Shown: positions 26,619-35,772, numbered from the stretch's first letter. The stretch: 64,000 nucleotides of DNA from Candidatus Peregrinibacteria bacterium (GCA_003153355.1 PLYH01000003.1:124635-188634), one strand, 5' to 3'. Program-made: numbers and translations. Notes: generated from the letters alone by a model not told the origin.

Positions 26619-27899
26619 TTATTGCTGAGGATTATTTTGATCGGTTGGTTCATTCGGGAGAGGTGCCGGATTTTGTACTAACGGATTTTGCTGAAATTGG
26701 GATTGATCCGGAACCGGCTGTTCATTGGTTTGAACGATTGCCTGAACAGGCTGGAACTGCTGCGCGTTTGAAGTTTGAACCGGGACGCCCTGTTGAACCG
26801 GCTGTGAGGACTGCTGGCTCACTGATGGGAGCGGCATGGTGGAAATTTTGAGGAACGTTGCTCCGCTTTGATCAAGTTTTTTTACATCTTCAGTTGAAAG
26901 AAAATGCGGCTTGATGAGTTCTTCCCGGCGTTTGTTAAACTCTTCCGTATCTTTCTGGCGCATCTTAAGAATATTATTCACTTCTTCTCCGTCCAAAGTT
27001 CTTGTTTTCAGGAACACTTCATCATCATCGGTATCAAAGGTAAGAGCATTGGTTGGATATGGAGAATCAATTCCAGCTTCAACCAACTTATCCTGGATTT
27101 CCATGAACACTCGCGACGAAATGCGGCGCCACATGCTTCTGGAATCAACCCAAAAACGGACCTCAAGGGCAATGTAGTAGTCGCCCATCTCGGTCACCAC
27201 GACATTCGGTTTTGGCTGAAGAAGAATGTCGGTGCGTGACTTTACAGTATTCAAACAAATCGCAAACGCCTGCTGCATATCGATGTTGTAACGCGTGTAA
27301 GCGGGCACTTTCATACGGCGCATCGGGTTGCTGGTATAACTTAACACCTGGCTTTTATAGAGCTGTGAATTCGGTACGATCAGGCGCTCACCGTCATAAG
27401 TGGTCAGATATGTTGCGCGGACGCGGATCTGCGTTACTTTTCCTTTTTTGCCGTTTACCGCAATCCAGTCGCCGATGGTGAAAGGACGCGAAGCTAGCAA
27501 CGCAATACCTGCCACAAAATTGGCAATAGTATCCTGTAAGCCGAAGGAAACACCGAAACCTATTGCCGCAACAAGGTTCGTGACGTTGATGCCGGCAACG
27601 GCCAAAGAGATTGTTCCGCCGATGACCGCCATGCCCACAAAAGTTAAGCGTCCGGAAATAATTAAAATTTCCTGATGTTCCTCGGTGATATCCTTGGCGA
27701 GCCGGTTTTCGACAATATTTTTAAGAATCAGACCAAGTACCATCGAGAGCACAAAAACCACGATAGCGGTAATCCACAAGGGCAGATTGTCCAGGACAAA
27801 TGTGACGACATTAAACGTACTGCTGCTGGTTTTATCCGCAGTCGATGTTTGAGCCAACGCCGTTGGAATGCCTAAAATGAGATTGAGAAAATCCACCAT
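26619..27899 (-). CDS. MscS-family mechanosensitive channel, tandem paralogue with Gln/Pro-rich tail
   Basis: FTIGDWIAVNGKKGKVTQIRVRATYLTTYDGERLIVPNSQL. Stop lies 2 nt before the start of the next paralogue. Confidence 0.85.
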   Translation of the reverse strand: MVDFLNLILGIPTALAQTSTADKTSSSTFNVVTFVLDNLPLWITAIVVFVLSMVLGLILKNIVENRLAKDITEEHQEILIISGRLTFVGMAVIGGTISLAVAGINVTNLVAAIGFGVSFGLQDTIANFVAGIALLASRPFTIGDWIAVNGKKGKVTQIRVRATYLTTYDGERLIVPNSQLYKSQVLSYTSNPMRRMKVPAYTRYNIDMQQAFAICLNTVKSRTDILLQPKPNVVVTEMGDYYIALEVRFWVDSRSMWRRISSRVFMEIQDKLVEAGIDSPYPTNALTFDTDDDEVFLKTRTLDGEEVNNILKMRQKDTEEFNKRREELIKPHFLSTEDVKKLDQSGATFLKISTMPLPSVSQQSSQPVQQGVPVQTSNAQQFQPVQAIVQTNEQPVPDQSQFQQNPLVQNPAPLPNEPTDQNNPQQ

Positions 27900-27946
27900 T
27901 GTTTTTGTTTTTTATTTTTGCGCTTAGTTTTCTTATTAGTATACCA

Positions 27947-27971
27947 AAAAAAGCCTTTTTCCTCAAGGCTG
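27947..27971 (-). terminator. intrinsic terminator upstream of the MscS pair
   Basis: AGCCTT (27953-27958) and AAGGCT (27966-27971) form a stem. On the minus strand it is followed by a U-run (plus A-run 27947-27952). Confidence 0.6.
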
Positions 27972-28004
27972 TTAGAGAAGGTTTCTATGGAAATGCAACT
28001 GTTC

Positions 28005-28982
28005 TTATTGGCGTAAGAAGTTGCCCCCTTCGGTGTCTTCGTGCCGTGGCTCTTCTTCCTCTTCTTCGCTTTCGTCAGGGATGCCGTAATCAGACCCGTA
28101 ATTTGTGCTTGTAGCCAAAAAATCCACACCGTAATTTTGGTAGATCCAGTAATAAAACATCGCGACTGCTCCCTGGAAAAAACCGATGAGTGCCCAAATA
28201 AGCGGTAAAACGGCAAAGAGCAGTAAGGTCGTTCCTCCGCCGCCGATGCCGGCATAAAGGAAAAAGCTGACAGCCGATGCCACTAAAACGCCTAAAATTG
28301 TTGTATAGACGCTGATAAGCGAATAACGATAGTCATGGATCAATTCCATGATGAGCGCTGCCGCTGTGGAACTTAAAAGAATCTGCAGGCCTGCCGCTGC
28401 TGCGGTTAAGGTGAGATTTGCGGTTGAGGTCGTAAGGTAAATCGGAGCGACAAAGGCAAAAATGACGATATTGATGATGAAAATTTGCGAGAGCGCAGTG
28501 GTAACGCGGGTGTAGCGTTCACGTTCCGTGTAAGAAATGAGCAATGGAGCCACTAAACTTGAAACGACCGATGTGGCGAAAATCATCGCCATCAGGACGA
28601 AAATAAAGAGCGGGCTGACTTCCTGAGCCTGTGCTTCCGCCGGAGAAAGTACCGGCTGGAGAATTGAAGACGTCAGAAGGAAAATGATGAGTAACACCAA
28701 TGTTCCGGCAACACCTCCGGCAAGTCCGGCAAAAGTTTTTAAGACGAGCGTAAAAAAGGACATTTTGCGGGGTCCGTATTCAGGTTCAGCCTGTTGCATT
28801 TGCTGCATCGGCATTTGCCCCATTGATGGATCCATTGGCAACTGTCCCGGCGACATCTGCTGATACTGGCCCTGATCTTGCGGCATCTGTTCGCCGCCTT
28901 GGCCTTGTTGCATTTGATTTTCTTGCATGGTTTTTGTATTAAAACCTGCTTCAGGTTCGACTATCTCTATGTATTCTACCAT
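28005..28982 (-). CDS. polytopic membrane protein with Gln/Met/Pro-rich N-terminus and acidic C-terminus
   Basis: 325-aa ORF with at least 6 hydrophobic segments. The start may instead be Met19 (28928), which removes the 32-nt overlap with lspA. Confidence 0.7.
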   Translation of the reverse strand: MVEYIEIVEPEAGFNTKTMQENQMQQGQGGEQMPQDQGQYQQMSPGQLPMDPSMGQMPMQQMQQAEPEYGPRKMSFFTLVLKTFAGLAGGVAGTLVLLIIFLLTSSILQPVLSPAEAQAQEVSPLFIFVLMAMIFATSVVSSLVAPLLISYTERERYTRVTTALSQIFIINIVIFAFVAPIYLTTSTANLTLTAAAAGLQILLSSTAAALIMELIHDYRYSLISVYTTILGVLVASAVSFFLYAGIGGGGTTLLLFAVLPLIWALIGFFQGAVAMFYYWIYQNYGVDFLATSTNYGSDYGIPDESEEEEEEPRHEDTEGGNFLRQ

Positions 28983-29403
28983 AAAAAATCAAAATCAGGA
29001 AGATGCTTACGGTTAAAAGGGCATCGGCCAGATTAAAAACCGGGAAAGTACCGACTGCGATAAAATCGATGACGAAGCCGCGGCTGAGGCGGTCGAAGAG
29101 GTTCCCCAACGCTCCGCCGATCAGCATGCTCAGGAAAAATTGTGAATCTTTGCGGCGGAGATCAATGTGCTGGCTGATGTACAGCGGCAAAACGATCAGC
29201 AACAAAACGTTGAAAATACTGAGCCAGGGCTGTGGAATAAAAATACTCCAGGCAATGCCCACGTTTTGTTCGTATTTGAGCGTAAACCAATCGGTCAGCA
29301 TCACCGGCGTGCGGAGATATCCCAACGCCCACCATTTTGAAACCTGATCTGCGATAAAAAAGAGAAGCGCCGGAATTCCTACTCTGAAGTAGCTTTTTTT
29401 CAT
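28951..29403 (-). CDS. lspA: lipoprotein signal peptidase II
   Basis: ADQVSKWW, NVGIAWS, GGALGNLFDRLSRGFVIDFI, FNLADALL. I prefer the start at MKKSYF (29403) over the ORF-track start at 29433. Confidence 0.85.
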   Translation of the reverse strand: MKKSYFRVGIPALLFFIADQVSKWWALGYLRTPVMLTDWFTLKYEQNVGIAWSIFIPQPWLSIFNVLLLIVLPLYISQHIDLRRKDSQFFLSMLIGGALGNLFDRLSRGFVIDFIAVGTFPVFNLADALLTVSIFLILIFYGRIHRDSRT

Positions 29404-29490
29404 GATAGTATGATGCCCTGCCGCGGATTGCATTTCAAGTTCGGTTTTGTTAGGATAGAAACCACGGTATCGTTCGTTTTGCTTTTAAAT

Positions 29491-30687
29491 ATGAGGAAAA
29501 ATCACGGTGATAGGGTGCTTTTTGCCATGGTACTGATCCTGATGTGTTTCGGACTCGTGATGATCACAAGTATCGGTGTTCCAAAATCCATTCAGCTTTC
29601 AGCGCCGAACATTTTGTATCCGAACTGCAGCGATCCGAAGGTGGATTGTTATCTGCTCTTCAAGAATCAGCTTTTGCGCATGGCGATCGGCGCGGTCTGT
29701 TTGTTCATCGCCATAAAAATCCCGATGAAATTCTGGAAAAAGATTTCGGTGTTTTTCTTTGGAGCGATGGTCGTTTTGCTTTTCCTGCTGCTTATTTTAG
29801 GCTCAAAATATACAACGTTCGCCAAAAGCTGGCTGGTGCTTTTTAACACTTCGATCCAGCCGATTGAGTTTGCCAAACTTGCACTCATTTTATATCTGGC
29901 GAACTGGATGGAGAAAAAAAGCGGGCAGATCGATACGTTCGAATACGGTTTTTTGCCTTTCTGTATCGTAACCGGCGTGATGATTTTGCCTATTCTACTG
30001 CAGCCGGATCTTGGAGGTACGATGGTTGTGGTTTTTATTGCCGTTGCAATGTTTTTTGCCGCTGGCGCAAAGATTCGCCACTTGCTGCTTGGCGGGTTTG
30101 TGACGGTTCTGATAGGCATTGTGCTCGTCTCAAGCATTGCGCACGTTCGTGACCGTTTCTCTGCGTTCTTTAATGTCGACAAAAACTGCAGCCAGGATTA
30201 CTGCTGGCAATCCGAACAGGCGAACATCGCAGTGGGAAGCGGAGGTTTCTGGGGCAAAGGTCTGACCCAGGGCGTACAGAAATCTTACTGGCTTCCTCAG
30301 GCTTCCGATGACTTTATTTTCGCGGCTTCCGCGGAAGAGCTGGGATTTGTCCGCATTGCGCTGCTTGTTCTTATTTATGCTGTCATTGCTTACCGCGGAT
30401 ATAAAATTGCGGCCGCCAGTTCCAATAAATTTACGCAGCTTACGGCTGTGGGCCTTGCCACATGGATTACGGTTCAGGCTTTCGTGAATATAGCGGTGAA
30501 TATTGATCTGATGCCGGTGACGGGCATTACGCTTCCGTTTGTCAGCTATGGCGGATCATCCCTGATTTCGGTTATGATTGCAGCAGGCATTCTGCTTCAT
30601 ATTTCTCAACAGCATTCCGATTATGCGCCTAGTACTGACAGGCGGGGGAACAGGAGGTCACATCTTTCCCAATATCGCCCTTATTGA
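29491..30687 (+). CDS. ftsW: FtsW/RodA/SpoVE-family peptidoglycan glycosyltransferase
   Basis: SEDS motifs IQPIEFAKLALILYLA, LQPDLGG, LPQASDDFIFAASAEELG, PVTGITLPFVSYGGSS. Start chosen at MRKNHGD (29491). Confidence 0.85.
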   Translation: MRKNHGDRVLFAMVLILMCFGLVMITSIGVPKSIQLSAPNILYPNCSDPKVDCYLLFKNQLLRMAIGAVCLFIAIKIPMKFWKKISVFFFGAMVVLLFLLLILGSKYTTFAKSWLVLFNTSIQPIEFAKLALILYLANWMEKKSGQIDTFEYGFLPFCIVTGVMILPILLQPDLGGTMVVVFIAVAMFFAAGAKIRHLLLGGFVTVLIGIVLVSSIAHVRDRFSAFFNVDKNCSQDYCWQSEQANIAVGSGGFWGKGLTQGVQKSYWLPQASDDFIFAASAEELGFVRIALLVLIYAVIAYRGYKIAAASSNKFTQLTAVGLATWITVQAFVNIAVNIDLMPVTGITLPFVSYGGSSLISVMIAAGILLHISQQHSDYAPSTDRRGNRRSHLSQYRPY

Positions 30688-31789
30688 TGAACTCCGCGAC
30701 CGCTTTCCTGAGGCGGGAGCTTCGGAAAACCTTTCCGGCGGTGCCACGGCGGACGGCTCACCTTCCGCAACGCTTGAGCTTTTATATATAGGAAGCCGCA
30801 ACGGCATGGAGGCTGACATGATTGAAGAGGTCGGAGTCCGCTTCGTCGGAATTACTTGCGGCAAACTGCGCAGATATTTTTCGTTCAAAAATTTTTCGGA
30901 CCTCTTCCGCATACCTATAGGCATTCTGCAGGCTTTCGCAGTGCTTTTAAAATTCCGCCCTGACGTTATTTTCTGCAAGGGAGGCTATGTTTCTTTTCCG
31001 GTCGCGGTCGCGGGATGGGTGCTTCATATCCCTGTTATTCTGCACGAATCCGATGTTTCTCCGGGGCTGGCGAACCGTCTTTGCGCACGTTTTGCTTCCG
31101 TGATCTGCACTTCTTTTGAAGAGAGCAAAAAATATTTTAAAGATAAAAAAGTTGTTTTCACGGGAAATCCGGTGCGCCGAGAACTTGCTTACGCATCGCA
31201 AGAAGGAGGATTTGAATTTCTTCATTTCACTCCTGCCCTGCCGCTGGTTTTAGTCATGGGCGGCAGTTCCGGAGCCGAATTCATTAATCAGCTGACCTGG
31301 CGGAATCTGGAATATCTGCTTCCCCATTATCAGATTGCTCACATCTGCGGGCGCGGCAATGTTCAGGATTCGACCGAGCTGTTAAAACACCTCAAAACGG
31401 AACATCAAAAATATCTTTCGAGGTACCGGGCTTTTGAGTTTCTCCAGCATGAATTAAAAGACGTCTATGCCGCCACGGATGTGATCGTGAGCCGTGCCGG
31501 CGCGATTTCACTTGCGGAAATCGATTTCTTTGAAAAGCCGACGGTTCTTATTCCTCTGGGCAAAGCGGCCAGCCGCGGCGACCAGATTCTGAACGCCGAA
31601 GTTTTTGCCCAGAACCATTTATGTAAAGTTCTTTACGAAGGCGAATTTTCTGACATGGAATTTCTGGAAGATGTTCAGGAGCTGCTCAAACACCGTAAGA
31701 TCGCCCATGTGGGACACAAACATGACGATAAATTCAGCGCACTCGATAAAATTATCCGCTTACTTCAAAAGCATGAAGATCGGAGTTAA
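30623..31789 (+). CDS. murG: UDP-GlcNAc:lipid I N-acetylglucosaminyltransferase
   Basis: MRLVLTGGGTGGHIFP start at 30623. GGYVSFPV, HESD, MGGSSGA, VSRAGAISLAEI. Carries a ~23-aa GC-rich insert after the first helix. Confidence 0.9.
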   Translation: MRLVLTGGGTGGHIFPNIALIDELRDRFPEAGASENLSGGATADGSPSATLELLYIGSRNGMEADMIEEVGVRFVGITCGKLRRYFSFKNFSDLFRIPIGILQAFAVLLKFRPDVIFCKGGYVSFPVAVAGWVLHIPVILHESDVSPGLANRLCARFASVICTSFEESKKYFKDKKVVFTGNPVRRELAYASQEGGFEFLHFTPALPLVLVMGGSSGAEFINQLTWRNLEYLLPHYQIAHICGRGNVQDSTELLKHLKTEHQKYLSRYRAFEFLQHELKDVYAATDVIVSRAGAISLAEIDFFEKPTVLIPLGKAASRGDQILNAEVFAQNHLCKVLYEGEFSDMEFLEDVQELLKHRKIAHVGHKHDDKFSALDKIIRLLQKHEDRS

Positions 31790-32930
31790 CGGCCGTTTTT
31801 TGATGAAGCCTTATACGGGCATCGGCCAACATACCAAATACCTTTTTGGGGCTATGGCGAGCCTTTATCCTGATCTTCAGATTCTTATGGTGACTCCGGA
31901 ACCCGTAGATGTCCCCATGCCTTCGAATGTCGAAATTACCGTGCTGCCTGAAAATTTTCCGGGAACCGGAGGCATGCGTAAAACGTATTGGGAACAGCGA
32001 CAGGTTCCTCAATTTTTCAAAACCAAAGAGGTTGATCTTGTTCATTTTCCTTATCCGTGCAACCCATGGAACGGCTTCGGAAAGCCCGTTGTGGTGACCG
32101 TTCACGATGTCATTCCCTGGGAATCAGCAGCTTACCGCCGTTCAATGACCACACGTTTATATCAGGATTCCTGCCGTTTCGCGGTCAAAAAAGCCGATCA
32201 TATTTTCAGCGTTTCGCTGGCATCGCGCGCTGATGTTGCGCGCATGTGCAAAGTTCCCGAATCAAAAATCTCTTTAAGCTATAATGCCCCTGCTCCCGAT
32301 TTTTCCAATAAAATTTCAGAAGAAGAGCGTTTAAAAATCTTACAAAAGTACCATATTGACCCATCCAGAAGGTTTTTTCTGTACGTGGGCGGCTACGATC
32401 AGCGGAAAAACGTCGAGACTTTGGTCCGCGTTTTTAAGGCTTCTGTAGGACCGTTTTATGATGTCGACCTGGTGCTGGCCGGCGGGAAAAGCGTTGAGGA
32501 TCCCTTGTACGCAAGCTTTGATCTGTTGACAAACCATAACAGGGAAGGTAGTTTGGGCTTACAGAAAGGCAAATTAGTTCCCACAGGTTTTGTTGCAGAA
32601 GAAGATCTTCCTGCTCTTTACCAATCCGCGTTTCTCTTTGTTCACCTTTCCACACAGGAAGGATGCAACCTGCCCTTATTGGAAGCTGCCGTCAGCGGTA
32701 CGCCAATGATTGCCTCTGATATCGCGGTCCATCATGAAATGGTCGGAAAACTTGTTCAGTTTGTTCCTTCACACGACGAAAAAAAAATTGCCGAATGTTT
32801 CGCCGAATTCCTGAACGATTCAAATTTTTATCAACTTCAAAAACAAAAACTCTCAGCTTATGTTTGTCCTTTTACATGGAAAAAAACTGCCGGCGAGGTG
32901 TTTAAAACTTATCAACAACTGCTTTCCTAA
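31773..32930 (+). CDS. GT-B (family 4-like) glycosyltransferase
   Basis: Start at MKIGVNGRF (31773), a 17-nt overlap with murG. C-terminal FVHLSTQEGCNLPLLEAAVSGTPMIASD matches the GT4 EX7E region. Confidence 0.85.
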   Translation: MKIGVNGRFLMKPYTGIGQHTKYLFGAMASLYPDLQILMVTPEPVDVPMPSNVEITVLPENFPGTGGMRKTYWEQRQVPQFFKTKEVDLVHFPYPCNPWNGFGKPVVVTVHDVIPWESAAYRRSMTTRLYQDSCRFAVKKADHIFSVSLASRADVARMCKVPESKISLSYNAPAPDFSNKISEEERLKILQKYHIDPSRRFFLYVGGYDQRKNVETLVRVFKASVGPFYDVDLVLAGGKSVEDPLYASFDLLTNHNREGSLGLQKGKLVPTGFVAEEDLPALYQSAFLFVHLSTQEGCNLPLLEAAVSGTPMIASDIAVHHEMVGKLVQFVPSHDEKKIAECFAEFLNDSNFYQLQKQKLSAYVCPFTWKKTAGEVFKTYQQLLS

Positions 32931-32941
32931 CCAATCAGCAT

Positions 32942-33166
32942 ATGGGAACAGTCGCGATTATCATTATCGGTATAGATATTTGCTCATTTTTGTTTTTAGC
33001 CGCTTATCTTAAGCGACTTTTTGCGTACGTCAAAAAATACCGCCTTCCGGAATCCGAATATACGCTCATGTTCGGATGGATGCATTTTTCCCATGTTATT
33101 TTTCTTTACATCCTCACGGTCGTTCTCTTCCTTGTGGCCACCGTAGCTTTCCTTATTTTTTCCTGA
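32942..33166 (+). CDS. small 2-TM membrane protein
   Basis: 74-aa hydrophobic ORF. Its TGA overlaps the ATG of the next gene (TGATG at 33164-33168). Confidence 0.45.
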   Translation: MGTVAIIIIGIDICSFLFLAAYLKRLFAYVKKYRLPESEYTLMFGWMHFSHVIFLYILTVVLFLVATVAFLIFS

Positions 33167-33825
33167 TGACGCCGAATTCATCCAACAACAAGGATCTTCA
33201 TTTTAAAGGCCAATATGCCGATGAGCATATCGTTGCCTTTTTCCGCGGCCACTGGATTACCCTGGTCCCGCACATTCTGGTTTACGGTTTTTTCCTGGCA
33301 GCGATCATCGCTGTTTTTTCTTTTTTTTCGGGCACGATCATTCCTTTTTTCGTATCACCGATCGGGCAGTTCCTGCTGCCTGTTTTCGTTTTACTGGTGA
33401 CCTACGGGATTCATAATTTTTTCATTAAGCTGATCAACCACTTTCTGAGCATCGTCATTATTACGAATTTACGGATCATCGAAGTTCAGAAAATGATTTT
33501 CATCAAGGATCTCCAAAACTCTTTGGATATGGGCGTCATTCAGGATATTAAAAAAGAACAAAACGGCTTCTGGAAAAATATTCTGAATTTCGGAGAGCTT
33601 TTGATCATGCTGTCGTCTTCCGATATTCAGGCTATCAAATTTGTTCCGAATCCAAATTTTCATTTCAGGCTTATCAACCGTGCAAAAATCGAATGGCAGC
33701 AAAAACAGGCTCATCAAAACGCCAATCAGCAGCGCAATCATCAAGAGATCCTTCCTGAAAATACGACGATTGCTTCAACTCATGTCAGGCACCAACTTCA
33801 AGACCAGCACTTGCGTCAAAAGTGA
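33166..33825 (+). CDS. membrane-flanked bacterial PH (YdbS/YdbT-like) domain protein
   Basis: Start at MTPNSS (33166). Two TM segments followed by IIEVQKMIFIKD...FGELLI, a bPH-like pattern. Confidence 0.7.
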   Translation: MTPNSSNNKDLHFKGQYADEHIVAFFRGHWITLVPHILVYGFFLAAIIAVFSFFSGTIIPFFVSPIGQFLLPVFVLLVTYGIHNFFIKLINHFLSIVIITNLRIIEVQKMIFIKDLQNSLDMGVIQDIKKEQNGFWKNILNFGELLIMLSSSDIQAIKFVPNPNFHFRLINRAKIEWQQKQAHQNANQQRNHQEILPENTTIASTHVRHQLQDQHLRQK

Positions 33826-33878
33826 CGGCCGACTGCGCGCGTGATATAATAAAAAAGATTTTATTTCTCTATAATTAT

Positions 33879-34397
33879 ATGCCGCAGACTTCGAGCACAT
33901 TGATTATCGGAATTTTCTCTTTTCTGATTCTTGCCGCAATCGCGCTGCTTTTTTTGTACCTTCATTTGAAGTCCGTACGCGATGAGATTAAGGCTTACTG
34001 GAAAACCATTTTAGACAAAATGAGAATCCGCGACGATATGGTTCCGAACCTGATTGAAACAGTGCGCAAATATACAAAAGATGAAGAGAAAATTTTAAAT
34101 GAATTGACTGCATTGCGCGCAAAGAGCTGGCCGATGGAAAAAGCTGACGGCCAGAAGGTAAATGCTGAACTCAGCTTAACCGATGATCTTCGTGCGGTCT
34201 GGAAACTTCCCCAGAAAGTTCCTGCGCTGAATCTGGACACGAATTTTTTATCGCTGAAAAAAGATTTTCATGATCTTGGGAAAGAGATCGACGGTATGGT
34301 CGACGTTTATAATAAAAAAATCAGAAGCTTTAACGGCCAGGTCGGTTTTGCATTGATGGGGATGAATAAATTTCCGATCTTCGAGTTTGAACCTTAA
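33879..34397 (+). CDS. lemA: LemA family protein
   Basis: N-terminal TM, then YWKTILDKMRIRDDMVPNLIETVRKYTKDEEKILNELTALRA, the LemA signature. Start at 33879. Confidence 0.85.
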   Translation: MPQTSSTLIIGIFSFLILAAIALLFLYLHLKSVRDEIKAYWKTILDKMRIRDDMVPNLIETVRKYTKDEEKILNELTALRAKSWPMEKADGQKVNAELSLTDDLRAVWKLPQKVPALNLDTNFLSLKKDFHDLGKEIDGMVDVYNKKIRSFNGQVGFALMGMNKFPIFEFEP

Positions 34398-34502
34398 ATT
34401 TTTTACGCAAAAACCAGGTGAGTGATTCCGCACCATTGAGAAAAATTGGTATTATTTTTTTGTTTTACTTAAGGCAATAATAGACTTTTTCATAAAAAAG
34501 TC

Positions 34503-34531
34503 TTGACGGTGAGTATGTACTCACCTATACT
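34503..34531 (+). promoter_or_regulatory. lexA promoter with candidate LexA operator palindrome in the spacer
   Basis: TTGACG (34503-34508), 17-nt spacer, TATACT (34526-34531). The spacer is GGTGAGTA-TG-TACTCACC (34508-34525), with 8-bp perfect inverted arms. Confidence 0.6.
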
Positions 34532-34561
34532 TGAGGTGTCCTTCAATTTTATTATAACTTT

Positions 34562-35185
34562 ATGTCCGAAGTTCTTACCGAAAAACAGGAAGCTCTTCTC
34601 CAGTTTATAGAAAGTTATCAATTGGAGTTCGGGCGGTCTCCGACGATTCGCGAGATGCGTGAACATTTTGGAGTAAGTTCTGACAACAGTATTCTCAAAC
34701 TTCTCACCGCACTGAAAGAAAAAGGAGCAATTCAAAAAGATGACACTCCGCGCGGCATTAAACTTCTTTCCAGCGTGAAAGAAAAACTGTTTTCCACTGA
34801 ACTGAAGCTGCCTTTGCTCGGTATGATTCCTGCGGGTGGCCCGGTGCTTTCCGAAGAGTATGTTGAGAGCTGGATGAAGGTCAGCGATGACATTGTTTAT
34901 AAAGCAAAAGATTCGTATTTATTGAGGGTAAAAGGTGACAGTATGGTTGATGCAGGAATTTTTGAAGACGATATCCTGGTGGTCTGCGGATCTCTCGGGC
35001 CAAAAATTTATGATGTCGTTGTAGCATTGGTCGATAATCAGAACACCGTGAAACGATATATGAAAGATGCACAAGGACGTTTGTATTTGAAACCTGAAAA
35101 TTCCCGTTACGATAACATCTACCCCGAAGGCGAACTTTGTATCCAAGGGGTGGTGACCGGACTTCTTCGCTTCTACAAGAAGTAA
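34562..35185 (+). CDS. lexA: LexA repressor (S24 autopeptidase)
   Basis: LTEKQEALLQFI...GRSPTIREM wHTH region, GDSM catalytic Ser, VKRY catalytic Lys region. Confidence 0.9.
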   Translation: MSEVLTEKQEALLQFIESYQLEFGRSPTIREMREHFGVSSDNSILKLLTALKEKGAIQKDDTPRGIKLLSSVKEKLFSTELKLPLLGMIPAGGPVLSEEYVESWMKVSDDIVYKAKDSYLLRVKGDSMVDAGIFEDDILVVCGSLGPKIYDVVVALVDNQNTVKRYMKDAQGRLYLKPENSRYDNIYPEGELCIQGVVTGLLRFYKK

Positions 35186-35242
35186 AATCACATTTCATTT
35201 TTTCAGTGCTTAAAAAGAACTTTTTGTTCGCTTATTTTGTAA

Positions 35243-35298
35243 AGCTCCAGCGGTGGCAAAGCCACACGCTTCCGCCTTCGCGCCGTGCGCTCAGTTTG
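35243..35298 (+). repeat. GC-rich structured repeat, copy C (minimal 56-nt form)
   Basis: AGCTCCAGCGGTGGCAAAGCCACACGCTTCCGCCTTCGCGCCGTGCGCTCAGTTTG. Hairpin GCGGTGGC-AAA-GCCAC(A)CGC. Confidence 0.65.
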
Positions 35299-35528
35299 TC
35301 TCAAAATTTATTATTTAATTTCAAATCATATGACCTTTCCTCGTTTTTTTTCTCCCACGGTGACTTCACGTCTCTTTGATCCCATGCCGCTTCCGCGGTC
35401 AATCCGGATTAAAAAAGCCGGCAGGACCAAAGCAAAGTTACCCCGTACTTCAACTTTCAAATCCGTGAGTTTCAGGATTAAAAAAATTCCGCTTAACCGT
35501 TAATCGTTACTACTGACCCGAGCTGCCT

Positions 35529-35556
35529 CGCTCCGGTGCCTTTGGCACCGCTTCTT
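35529..35556 (+). repeat. variant 5' module of the repeat family, copy E
   Basis: CGCTCC-GGTGCC-TTT-GGCACC-GCTTC. Same GCTCC/hairpin/GCTTC layout with a different perfect stem. Confidence 0.4.
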
Positions 35557-35569
35557 TCTTACCAAAAAC

Positions 35570-35740
35570 GTCATCCTTACAGTGCTATTCTTGCGCTCAG
35601 GTAGGTATTCGTCATCCCTACACTCGGTGCAATGAGTACGTCCGTTCCGTGCGAAAGCATGGTGCAGGCCGTTGGTTGCTGTGGCTGTGGTCTCCTACGA
35701 GAACCCTGTCTATGGCACTTCCGCTCACTACAAGGATGAC
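35570..35740. other. ~170-nt structured element closed by a 15-bp helix (candidate ncRNA, strand unresolved)
   Basis: 35570-35584 pairs with 35726-35740. 13 pairs are Watson-Crick. The other 2 are G-U on the minus strand and A-C on the plus strand. Internal CCGUGC-GAAA-GCAUGG hairpin (35647-35662) favours the plus strand. T/A runs flank the helix. Confidence 0.35.
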
Positions 35741-35744
35741 TTTT

Positions 35745-35772
35745 TTGCATTCCTGGATTCTTGCTCTATAAT
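35745..35772 (+). promoter_or_regulatory. candidate promoter for tRNA-Thr
   Basis: TTGCAT (35745-35750), 16-nt spacer, TATAAT (35767-35772), 21 nt before the tRNA 5' end. Confidence 0.5.

Noticed and set aside
35285-35503. 72-aa basic ORF between lexA and tRNA-Thr
   Set aside because: It starts inside repeat copy C, has no Shine-Dalgarno sequence, and is low-complexity and basic. It cannot be supported as a gene, though a small protein is not excluded.
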